From contig CM059434.1 in the NCBI GenBank assembly GCA_030390025.1, positions 131,564,001 through 131,628,000 on the forward strand: a stretch of DNA of 64,000 nt, written 5' to 3'. Positions 1 through 10,547 of this stretch are shown here, one piece after another. Under the pieces are notes generated by a model that was not told where the DNA came from, did no database searches, and saw nothing but the letters and a program-made list of their open reading frames with translations. How positions within the stretch are numbered: position 1 is the first letter of the stretch; each line of letters opens with the position of its first letter. The DNA comes from Squalus acanthias. Its lineage: Eukaryota. A program made the position numbers and the translations under genes.

Positions 1-1059
1 TTAACCCAGACCACATCCCGACCCCACTGTCAGAACCCTAACTCTACTCTATCAGCCCTTCCCGACTGCTGTTTGATTTGGGCTAAACTACGCTTGCTTT
101 GTTTTTCAAAGCAGTAAAAGCTACCAATAAAATTAAATCCATAATAATGAGATAAATATAGCTTAGAAATATAATTAAATAGAAAACCTCAAGTTATCAC
201 TGTAATTCATGCTTATACTACCTTCCAATTTACCATAAATGCCAACATCCAACGGATATGCAAAAGTAATGCACAGAAAGAACAATATTCTTAGTGATAC
301 TGCAGCTCATTAATTAAAATGCTTAGTTAAGTAAATGCACCATTAGTTGCAATAGTAAAAACACAGTAAATATTGAAAAAAAATACAGACAAGTAATCAT
401 AAGGAGCATTTAAAAAAGAATAGTTCATCTGTTGATTTAATTTGCACTATTGGATTTCCTTATTAATGCCAGAATCAAATTAGATCTAAGGGAAAATAAT
501 TCAACGTCCACTGTGTAACATTAGGGTATTTTAGAAAAAGTAAAATAACGATAACAATTATATTATTGTTAAAAAGCAATACTTTAAAGCAGCTACTGTT
601 ATCAATAATAAATTGTGTATCCAACAGTGACTTCTTTTTTAAAAAATTGCTGCTATACCATAGTTTGAAAACCAATAAATAAGTAGGTAGCACAACACGC
701 AGCCCATCCTTCTCTTAATATAACACTGTATTTACTGCACTGCTGAGTAAACTGACAGTCCTGTTTTTCTAATGTTTTTGGGGGGATTTTCATTATTTAA
801 CAGTACCATGCGTTAGAATCTACAATTAGTACCTGTTATTTAACTAACCTTTAATCAGCACAGAATTAATCCACCTGTTAAGAATGTGATGGGGACAATG
901 TGTACAGTTCTTGCAGATATTTCATTTTCATGGATAATTATGAAACCCCATGAGCCACCTTTAAAAACGACATCACCTTGGGAAAAATGTTGCAATTTGT
1001 CCTCCTTTCAATGTGCTGCAAAGGAAATGACCTTTGTTCTAAAATATACCAGAACGTTA

Positions 1060-1180
1060 AAACAAAAAACTGTGGCTGCAGGAAATCTGATGAAGAGTTA
1101 TGCTTGAAACATTAGCTTGTCACTTCTCTCCACAGGTGCCGTGCCTGACCTGCTGAGTGTTTCCAGCATTTTCTGACTTT
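1060..1180. mobile_element. Decayed copy of the palindromic short element seen at 5598-5791
   Basis: Shares ggaaatctga and ctctccacag..gcctgacctgctgagtgtttccag with the 5598 copy, and keeps CTGATGA..GAAAC at 1087-1110. Confidence 0.65.
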
Positions 1181-2014
1181 AGAAAGTTGTTAGGCCCAAC
1201 TAATAAGGTAGAGAGATGAGTAATTTCATTGCTGTATATACAATGTGCTGAGAGGGAGTATGAGGGAAATGTTTAAAAAAAAAACCATCAAAGAGTAATT
1301 TTTTTTACTAGTATATCAGTAAAAAGTGAGGCAAAACCCACGAAGAGAGGATTGTAGATAATGATCAAAAATAGCAGGGGTATGTAAGAAGTACTCCATG
1401 TCTGTCTTTACTAAAGCGAGGATTGAGAACAAGATGAGTGATATTATGATGGATTTGTAGAACAACCAAACTTATTTCATTAGCCCAAGTTGAGGAATGC
1501 TAGCTGTTTCTATGTAGAATAACCTTTAAGCAGTCAAGCAACATTTTGCTTCAATTACTCCAATATTTTAAGCGTAGGAGGAAAATTATGGACATTGGTT
1601 AGTCTTGGGAAAAAGTATGTTTTTTCGCATGCTCAGAGTTTTCCTCACCGCTTTATTCATATCAATTCTGTTAAAGTTAGTCCATTGAGAAAAGTACGAT
1701 TCATTTTTAGGGCAGAGTAGAAGGAATTTTAATCTATATATAGTAATTTGATGCTGATACTGGTTGCCAGTATTCCATTCTCCAGCATTGTTATCTCAAA
1801 CATTGGTGAACACAACAGCCCTCACCCCCCAAAAAAATGAAAAGACGTAAGCAGATTGAGTGACAAACTGGTCCATTAATGGGGCAGTAATATACAGTAA
1901 TTTTCCAGCTTGTACCCTTGATGTGACTGCTGCAGTGATATTTATTTTTATTTTTACTTTTTTGCCTCCTTTTTCCACCCATTTTCTTCCTTTCTCCTCT
2001 CCCGAAGGCATTGC

Positions 2015-2285
2015 TGGGGTACAGTGCCAGAGATTCCCTCCAGCACCTCACCCATGAATATTCTTCATGTGCGACTCTAGGGAGTGAATGCCACGAGGCT
2101 GTTCTATCATGGAGACCCTGATTCTGTCCTCAACCAAAGTCATATATGCACTTCCATCTGATAGTGATCAGGGATGGGAACCTTCCCAGACCTGGGGCAC
2201 TGAGGGCAAATGTAGAACTCCTACCATCATGCTGGCTAAGATCAGCTAACTCACCATAGACTGACGATCAAACCTGAGACGTCTC
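2015..2285 (-). mobile_element. AmnSINE2-like ancient SINE remnant (intron of IgSF gene)
   Basis: Reverse complement has gagttagctgatcttagcc, ctgatcactatc, tgaggacagaatc and cacatgaagaat, matching recalled AmnSINE2 motifs; homologous to 34940-35245. Confidence 0.55.
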
Positions 2286-2402
2286 ACACATGTATGTATG
2301 ACCGACACACAATTATACAAAATTCATTGCTGCTAAACTTTGCATGAATTTTCCAAATAATATTGCCAAAAAATCTAATTCATAAAGTTATAAAACAATT
2401 AC

Positions 2403-2762
2403 CGGTTACATTCAGCAGTGTTCCATTTCCTTTTGCTTTAACATTTGGTGGAGGTGCAGTCTGAAACACCTCACAGTGATAGACTCCAGTGTCACTGGTT
2501 TGAACATCAGTAATCCATAAGGTGAATGCTTTCTGACTGGAGTTGTGCATTGCAGAATATCGAGAACGAGTCACCCGGGGTTCTTTGGTCGATAAGTTTG
2601 CGATGATCTTGGGAGAACTCTGGTCATCACCATGAAAAACCCACCATGCCTCGAACCTTCGTAGATCAGGTATTGAGTAGGAACAATTTAATGCGATCAA
2701 GTCTCCTTTTGTGACAGCAAGAGTATTAGGCTGCTGTAAATCCAGATCAATTGGCTGTCCAG
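2403..2762 (-). CDS. Ig V-set (VJ-type) domain exon; CD28/CTLA-4/NKp30-like immune receptor
   Basis: Acceptor ttccaag| and donor G|gtaatt bound a 360-nt phase 1-1 exon. It encodes the B-strand Cys (LNCSY), the Trp (AWWV), DTGVYHC and a J-like GNGTLLNV preceded by APPP, with five N-glycosylation sequons. Confidence 0.92.
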
Positions 2763-3486
2763 CTTGGAAAAGAGATTCAGAAGAAGTAATTACAATGTCA
2801 TGTACTGGGGATAAAATATTAGTAATGAACATGAATGTGTTTGTATGAAACTTCTCTGCTATTTTCATTGGAGCGGTTAACCCATTTAATTCCTTTGTTC
2901 AAATAGAGGATAAAACATTTTATGTGTTCACATTAATGTGTCTGTTACTAAATACCACACATCACATTTTCAACCTTATTGGGTTTAATTTTAAAGCTGC
3001 TCCTGCAGGTGTTAAAAAAGTAAACACAGGAATTTAGCACCACATAAGAAGAGCTGCTGACAAAATAGACCCATTGGGTGCGACATGATAAGATAAGAAA
3101 GTATGGAATGGAAAACAATGTTATTAACTGTACCCACCTTAATAACGGAGAATATTATGGTATTTTAGTAAAAGTGCATTATAGTGATACAAAACAACAC
3201 AGCAAGTACCATAACATGTATGAGGGATACATAGCACAGAATGGTGGTTTATGCAAACTGAACTGAGGAATATCGACGGCTGGCTCACAAATGGAACAGG
3301 CACAAGTGATTTAAGCATCTGTGAACCGAATAGTTTATTTTGCATAAATCACCAAATTTCTGACTTGTGCAATGCTTTTTTTTGGAAAGTTTAAATCAGT
3401 TTTTCACAGATTTTAGCTGCATTTATCAGCACAGATGCAGTGAAAGGCTGTGGCACGCTACACAATGAAATTAGAAATTGGCAATA

Positions 3487-3575
3487 AAACCAGATGGGTT
3501 TTTACGACAATCCGATAGTTTCATGGTCACCATTACTGATGCTAGCTTTTTATTCCAGATTTATTTAATTAACCA
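3487..3575 (-). mobile_element. Fragment of the tRNA-headed SINE/LINE 5' body
   Basis: Reverse complement matches 36165-36250 (ttaattaaat..tctggaataaaaagctag..tcagtaatgg..aacccatctgg). Confidence 0.65.
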
Positions 3576-3744
3576 GGTTTCATCATATAAATTAAACTCA
3601 AACAGCACTAAAAACAACTGACTCGCATGTTACTGGCCATCTTATCAGTCACTATAGTTATTTACAGCTGTAACTTTAAATTTAACGTCTATCCAACTTT
3701 GATTTTTCAAACTTTGATTGAAGTATTAACCTTGGGTCCCGTAC

Positions 3745-3793
3745 CTGTAAACGATAGCAGTAGCTGTAGGAAAAGGCAGAATAATGTCGCCAT
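3745..3793 (-). CDS. Leader (signal peptide) exon of VJ-type IgSF receptor gene
   Basis: ATG at 3793-3791 gives MATLFCLFLQLLLSFT plus 1 nt, then the donor G|gtac. The 49-nt phase-1 exon splices in frame to the V exon. Confidence 0.85.
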
Positions 3794-4679
3794 GTCACAC
3801 AAGGGCGAAGTTACTCATCAGATATCACCAGATGAACTGGCTGCATCCTGTCAAACTCTGAATAACCCCAGCCCAGCCTATTTCTTGTAAATCATGAGAT
3901 AACCCACTACCTTAAGTACAAAAGGAGGGTGAAAGCGCACGGACAAGACACTTGGTGGCAGGGCATAATGGGTGCAAGTGCTGCCAGACCACTGGTTTAT
4001 AGGCAGCTTTGGCTGCAAGAAGAGCTGGATGTGCGAGATTGCTATGCAGTCATTTTACACCAGATTAGTTTGTCACTGCCTTGGATTTTGATCTTTATTA
4101 CCGCAGGGATCGAGTCTACTGAAGAAGCTTTTAGTACAGCTAAACTGAAGCAACTTTTTTTTTTATGTGCAGCTTGTTAAATGAAAATGTAATATTTAAA
4201 CATATCCGTTAATGCTGGGGATTCAGGGCTTTATGCCTACCAGTTTGTAGGTTGATCCACGTATGCGCCACTTTCTCGTGCAAACAATCTCTCAGCATTT
4301 AAGCCGGTTTAATGCCGATTCATCCAGCCACCCATATAAAGGGCACCCAGTGACTGTGCTAATTTGTACACCACCTATATAACTAGCACCCCAGTTACCA
4401 TGTTGATTCATCCACCCACCCATATAAATAGTAGCCAGGGCCAGTACTGTTGATGGAAGTGGATTGAAAAAACTCCATTGGAAGATTTATAATAGCATTT
4501 TGAATGTATTTGTTTCAATTTTTGTTTTTTCCCTGTTCCCACTTAGGAGTCCTTGTGTCAATTGTGGTGACTGCCATTTTTTTGCTATATGCACAACAGT
4601 CTCGCAATGGATTTCCTTGTGGGAATCCCCCTTGTACATTCTGAAGGAAAAAAAGAGGGACAATGGAGTGATGGCCCGC

Positions 4680-4890
4680 ACCCCCAGGCCTCCAATCCCT
4701 CCCTCCCTCCTCTCCCGGCTGCGGCCTGGTGCCGAAGGCCTACCCGCCCGACGGCCAGCCTCTCAATCTGGCTGGCTGCGGCCGCGAAACGGAGGAAAAA
4801 ACTGTTAATCAGGTCCTGCCATTAAATTTGGCAGGGCCTGAGGGAAACCCGTTCTTCCAGGTTTCAATCCCACTTCCCCAACTCCCTCCC
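4680..4890. repeat. GC-rich dispersed repeat fragment (probable non-autonomous DNA transposon)
   Basis: Reverse-complement homology to 20850-21020 (cagcctctcaatctgg..ttaatcaggtcctgccatt). Confidence 0.65.
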
Positions 4891-5597
4891 TGTCTCCGAG
4901 TAACAATCCAGCCCATAATCTCGTAGATCTCTACCCCATTTTCTGATTTATGCCAGCTTGTCAGGCATAACTGATTGGAAAAGCAAGTCTGCTCTGCTAA
5001 ATTTTCATTATTCATTTCATTGATGCCTGGAAGTTTCAAGAATGTGCAGTTTCCATATGGATCTGTGATGCAACATTGCTATGGCCATTGTAAAACGTTC
5101 AGCTTTGCACGAAGAGAAACTATCAAATAAAGTTTGCATGTGACACAGTCCCAACTTTTAATGTGGTGAAATGTCACAGTAATATAGGTTATGTAACCAC
5201 TGAATTGTTTTGCTGTCCACAGTTAAGTAGACTTCCTTTGTAACTTGGCACCACACTGGTTGATATATGAAGCAACCAATAGTGATCTGAGAGATTTGTA
5301 TCTTGACACAAAACAAAAATTGAAACTTAAAATCTAACCACAGTCCACGTGACAATGCTTAAATGCAACAGTGATAACTCCAGCTATATTATACTCCGCA
5401 CCCAAAAAAATAAGTATGATGCCAGTGTCAATTCATAACTCTGGCTATTATCAAAAATTAGGACCAGTGCTGTTAAAGTGAGGGGTGTTAGTGCTTGGTA
5501 TTGACACTGGTCCATAGCACTGTCAGCTGTACAGTGTATGACATGGACAGAGGCTCCTTCCAGTCTGTCCCGACAATCAGCTATATTTTACTAAACC

Positions 5598-5791
5598 AAA
5601 ATACTGCGGATGCTGGAAATCTGAAATAAAAACAGAAAATGCTGGAAATACTCAGCAGGCCAGACAGCCTCTGTGGAGAGAGAAACAGAGTTAACGTTTC
5701 AGGCTGACGACCTTCGAAAGGTCATCGACCTGAAAAGTTAACTCTGTTTCTCTCTCCACAGAGGCTGCCTGACCTGCTGAGTGTTTCCAGG
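5598..5791. mobile_element. Palindromic (fold-back) short interspersed element
   Basis: Inverted arms of about 70 bp span 5642-5790 (ctggaaatactcagcagg..ctctgtggagagagaaacagagttaac / gttaactctgtttctctctccacagagg..cctgctgagtgtttccag) around the centre gaccttcgaaaggtc. Confidence 0.8.
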
Positions 5792-6261
5792 TATGTTTTA
5801 CTCTTTGACTGCTAATAAAACGGCGGGTATGCGCAGTTTTTAAATGCACGCTTTGGTTGAATTCTTTAGTTGGAAGCACAAGAACAGCAGGCAATTATGG
5901 TGTTTCTGTAATAAAGACCCTTTAACACTTCTCGAGCAGTTAATGAAGGAATTAACCAGCATCAATGGCAAAATGTTTAGTAATCTAGCTTGTGGGACTA
6001 GCGTAAAACCTAGTTTACTTTTGTGACCCTTTGTGTTTATTTGCGCATCCTTTGATTTTTGGGAGGGGGAGGCCTCTATGGCCAACAGAATTTCTTAAAA
6101 TTCATTGTGTACAATAGTGAAGAATTGGCATCAAATAATTATCTAAGTGAGTCCTTTCCCAAGGGCTTTGTGTAGAGTTGCTCCTCTGGCTGATCCAGTA
6201 CATCATTTGTATTTTTATTGTAGTCAAAGCCATTTAATATTAGCAACACTGTTCACATTTT

Positions 6262-6875
6262 ACATAAGAACATAAGAAATAGGAGCAGGAGTAGGCCAAT
6301 CGGCCCCTCGAGCCTGCTCCGCCATTCAATAAGATCATGGCTGATCTGATCCTAACCGCCAATCTACTATCTATCACAGAACCATCTCCTGCATCTAACA
6401 GAATTGCACACACGAAATAGGAGCAGAATCAGGCTACACGGTCCCTGGGCCCGCTCCACTACCCACAGGGCCATGACCGATCCGAACCTAGACTCATGTC
6501 CAAATTCCTGCCCGCTCCCCGTAACCCTTAATGCCCTTTACTTCTAGGAAACTGTCTATTTCTGTTTTAAATTTATTTAATGATGTAGCTTCTACAGCTT
6601 TTTGTGGCAGCATATTCCATGGACCTACCACCCTCTGAGTGAAGTAGTTCCTCCTCATCTCAGTTTTGAAAGAGCAGCCCCTTATTCTAAGACTATGTCC
6701 CCTAGTTCTAGTCTCACCCGTCATCGGGAACATCCTCCCCGCATCCACCCGATCCAACCCCTTCACAATCTTATATGTTTCAATAAGATCGCCTCTCATT
6801 CTTCTGAACTCCAATGAGTAGAGTCCCAATCTACCCAACCTCTCCTCATATGACCACCCCCTCTTATGTTCTTAT
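6262..6875 (-). mobile_element. CR1 LINE 3' fragment
   Basis: ORF 6494-6838 is the CR1 ORF2 C-terminus ([22 protein letters not shown]); (cataagaa)n tail at 6262. Confidence 0.9.
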
Positions 6876-7658
6876 CAGACACACTTATATTTTTTGTTTA
6901 ATCCTTTAAGTTCAGTTTCTATTTAAGTTAAGGTTTGTATTTTGAGCCTCTATTCAAATATTATGTAGACAACGGAAATGTTGACTCTCATTTATCTTCA
7001 CACTATCTCTGTGGCTGGGGTGATATTTTGAAATCTTGCCGTTCGTTCAGACAACAATATTCATGACCTGGATTTCAACACCCACTTTTGATTTCTGTCT
7101 CCCTGCCCAATATAATTGAATGATTACTCTTTGAAAAGGCCTTAGCAGGCAGAAAACTGTCCCCTATTTTTTGTTAATTTCCATTTTTGAACAGGCGCAA
7201 TGTTCAGCACAGGTAAATAGTCCATTATTGCTTTCTGCTGGCCACTGTTTACATATGCCTGCATTTTTGTTCAATTTAGTGAATACTTTTAAACCCAGCC
7301 TCAGAGGAGAAAGCCACACCAGTGAATTCAGTTCACTATTTCCATACACAGCATGAATACTGTGCATCTGTCTGCGGGCAGAACAAACTTGTGTGTGCGT
7401 AAAAATAGGTTGAACCACATGCTGGATTTTAAAGTTTCATTAAGGCAGTAAAAAGGGGCTTTATACAGAAAAACACAGGAACAGGGCAGTAACAGATTGG
7501 GAGGGCAGGATGACAATATACACTACCTGTGTTTTTTTAAAAAAAGAAACTCACTTATAATTGTTATATGTGGCGGCACTAGCACTGCAGCACACTATGT
7601 CGCACTAGGTTCCAGTGTACTGCTACAAGCCAGTGACGGATTAGCATAGAGTACTGTG

Positions 7659-8438
7659 GAGCGGCGGCAGCTTCGGAGGAGGCGGTAAGATTTAAACAGC
7701 GAGAGGAGAGGCAGTGTGGGTCTGTGCGACGGCAGCTTCGGAGGAGGCGGCAAGATTTAAACAGCGAGAGGAGAGGCAGTGTGGGTCTGAGCGACGGCAG
7801 CTTCGGAGGAGGCGGCAAGATTTAAACAGCGAGAGGAGAGGCAGTGTGGGTCTGAGCGACGGCAGCTTCGGAGGAGGCGGCAAGATTTAAACAGCGAGAG
7901 GAGAGGCAGTGTGGGTCTGAGCGGCAGCATCGGAGGAGGCAGCAAGATTTAAACAGCGAGAGGAGAGGCAGTGTGGGTCTGAGCGGCAGCTTCGGAGGAG
8001 GCAGCAAGATTTAAACAGCGAGAGGAGAGGCAGTGTGGGTCTGAGCGGCAGCATCGGAGGAGGCAGCAAGATTTAAACAGCGAGAGGAGAGGCAGTGTGG
8101 GTCTGAGCGGCAGCTTCGGAGGAGGCAGCAAGATTTAAACAGCGAGAGGAGAGGCAGTGTGGGTCTGAGCGGCAGCTTCGGAGGAGGCGGCAAGATTTAA
8201 ACAGCGAGAGGAGAGGCAGTGTGGGTCTGAGCAGCAGCAGCTTCGGAGGAGGCGGCAAGATTTAAACAGCGAGAGGAGAGGCAGTGTGGGTCTGAGCGAC
8301 GGCAGCTTCGGAGGAGGCGGCAAGATTTAAACAGTGAGAGGAGAGGCAGTGTGGGTCTGAGCGACGGCAGCTTCGGAGGAGGCGGCAAGATTTAAACAGC
8401 GAGAGGAGAGGCAGTGTGGGTCTGAGTGGCAGCAGCTC
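7659..8438. repeat. Minisatellite, 12 copies of a 62/65-bp unit, at the 5' end of a CR1
   Basis: Unit cagcttcggaggaggcggcaagatttaaacagcgagaggagaggcagtgtgggtctgagc(gac)gg; spacings are 65,65,65,62x5,65,65,65. Confidence 0.95.
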
Positions 8439-8687
8439 CGACAATTTCAACAACAACAAAACAACCACGGAGTGATGTCACAGGATAACAGGTAGGTGAT
8501 TGGTTGATGAGTATTAACATTTTTTTCTCTCTAAGCTAGGACAGTGGTTTAAACTAGGAGTGGGAAACTGTACCGCACTTTATTAAATTTATAACTTAAC
8601 TAGTTAAACTAATTAATATAACTATAAATAGTCGTTGAATAAAGACTTTAACTAATTAAATAAATAAATAGAAGGTTAGACTAAGAC

Positions 8688-10547
8688 ATGGCAGAGCAGG
8701 TTGTGTGCCTGGACTGCAGTATGTCGGAGTTTGTGGACAGCGAGACTGTCCCGAGTGAACACATCTGCAGCAGGTGTCTCCACCTCGAATCGCTCCGGCT
8801 CAGAGTCAGTGAGCTGGAGTGTGAGTTGGCGACTCGAATCTCTCCGGCTCAGAGTCAGTGAGCTGGAGTGAGAGTTGGCGACTCGAATCTCTCCGGCTCA
8901 GAGTCAGTGAGCTGGAGTGAGAGTTGGCGACTCGAATCTCTCCGGCTCAGAGTCAGTGAGCTGGAGTGAGAGTTGGCGACTCGAATCGCTCCGGCTCAGA
9001 GTCAGTGAGCTGGAGTGTGAGTTGGCGACTCGAATCGCTCCGGCTCAGAGTCAGTGAGCCGGAGTGTGAGTTGGAGACTCGAATCTCTCCGGCTCAGAGT
9101 CAGTGAGCTGGAGTGTGAGTTGGAGACTTGAATCGCTCCGGCTCAGAGTCAGTGAGCTGGAGTGTGAGTTGGAGACTCGAATCTCTCTGGCTCAGAGTCA
9201 GTGAGCCGGAGTGTGAGTTGGAGACTCGAATCGCTCCGGCTCAGAGTCAGTGAGCTGGAGTGTGAGTTGGAGACTTGAATCGCTCCGGCTCAGAGTCAGT
9301 GAGCTGGAGTGTGAGTTGGAGACTCGACTCCGGCTCAGAGTCAGTGAGCTGGAGTGTGAGTTGGAGACTCGAATCTCTCCAGCTCAGAGTCAGTGAGCTG
9401 GAGTGTGAGTTGGCGACTCGAATCGCTCCGGCTCAGAGTCAGTGAGCTGGAGTGTGAGTTGGAGACTCGAATCTCTCCGGCTCAGAGTCAGTGAGCTGGA
9501 GTGTGAGTTGGCGACTCGAATCTCTCCGGCTCAGAGTCAGTGAGCTGGAGTGTGAGTTGGCGACTCGAATCTCTCCGGCTCAGAGTCAGTGAGCTGGAGT
9601 GTGAGTTGGCGACTCGAATCTCTCCGGCTCAGAGTCAGTGAGCTGGAGTGTGAGTTGGAGACTCGAATCTCTCCGGCTCAGAGTCAGTGAGCTGGAGTGT
9701 GAGTTGGAGACTCGAATCGCTCCGGCTCAGAGTCATTGAGCTGGAGTGTGAGTTGGAGACACTTTGACGCATAAGGGAGGGGGAGGTGTATTTGGGCAGT
9801 TTGCTCCAGACTTTGGTCACGCCTCGTAGAAAGGTGCAGGATCAGAATGGGGTTGGTGTGACCGATAGTGTGCAGAGTAAGGGGAACCCAGGTAAGAAAG
9901 GGACCGAGGATCCACAGAAACTGATCCTATCCAACAGGTACAATGTACTTGCTACCTGTGAGGATAAGGATAAAGACTGTCAGAAGGACAGCCAGAATGC
10001 GGACCATGGCACTTTGGAGCAGGAGGCTGTCCTAAGGGGAGAGGAACAGGAGAGGAAGCGTAATGTGGTAGTTGTAGGGGATTCTATAATTAGGGGGACA
10101 GATAGCATTCTTTGTAAGCAAGATCGAGAGTCCCACATGATATGTTGCCTACCTGGTGCCAGGGTGAGGGACATCTCAAACCGGCTTGAAAGGATATTGG
10201 AGAGGGAGGGGGAGGATTCAGTCGTTGTGGTCCATATTGGGACCAACAACATAAGGAAGAGTAGGAAAGCGGTCATGTTTGGGGAGTACCAGGAACTCGG
10301 AGCTAAATTAAAGAACAGGACCTCAAGGGTTATAATCTCTGGATTATTACCTGAACCACGTGCAAATTGGCGTAGGGATAAGCTGATTAGGGAAGTAAAC
10401 ACGTGGCTAAAGGAGTGGTGTGGGAAAGAGGGGTACTGGCACCAGTATTGGGAGAGGAAGGAACTATACTGTTGGGACGGGCTCCACCTGAACCGATCTG
10501 GGACCTGGGTCCTAGCGGAAAGAATAGGGCGGTCACAAGGACTTTAA
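8688..10547 (+). pseudogene. Disrupted CR1 ORF1 (CxxC zinc finger, coiled coil, SGNH esterase-like domain)
   Basis: Starts MAEQVVCLDC..CSRC..LESLRLRVSELECEL, is interrupted by the 49-bp array and a TGA near 9765, then continues with GDSIIR, HIGTN and DGLHLN motifs. Confidence 0.88.
8784..9759. repeat. Minisatellite, 20 copies of a 49-bp unit, inside CR1 ORF1
   Basis: Unit ctcgaatc(g/t)ctccggctcagagtcagtgagctggagtgtgagttgg(c/a)ga; 19x49 plus one 45-bp unit = 976 bp. Confidence 0.95.

Noticed and set aside
475-712. Hydrophobic minus-strand ORF as the receptor's transmembrane exon
   Set aside because: AT-rich sequence with a poor acceptor and no continuous TM-length hydrophobic stretch.
2472-2478. 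Perfect RSS heptamer CACAGTG inside the V exon
   Set aside because: It overlaps the His-Cys codons of the conserved YxC motif, has no nonamer at 12 or 23 bp, and the exon is already VJ-joined.
2763-2868. N-terminal extension of the 162-aa Ig ORF
   Set aside because: It is intronic read-through. A proper leader exon at 3745-3793 splices in at 2762.
7659-9759. Repeat arrays resembling CRISPR, and the stacked minus-strand ORFs over them
   Set aside because: The units are contiguous with no unique spacers, there are no cas genes and the context is eukaryotic. The ORFs are artefacts of the repeat.
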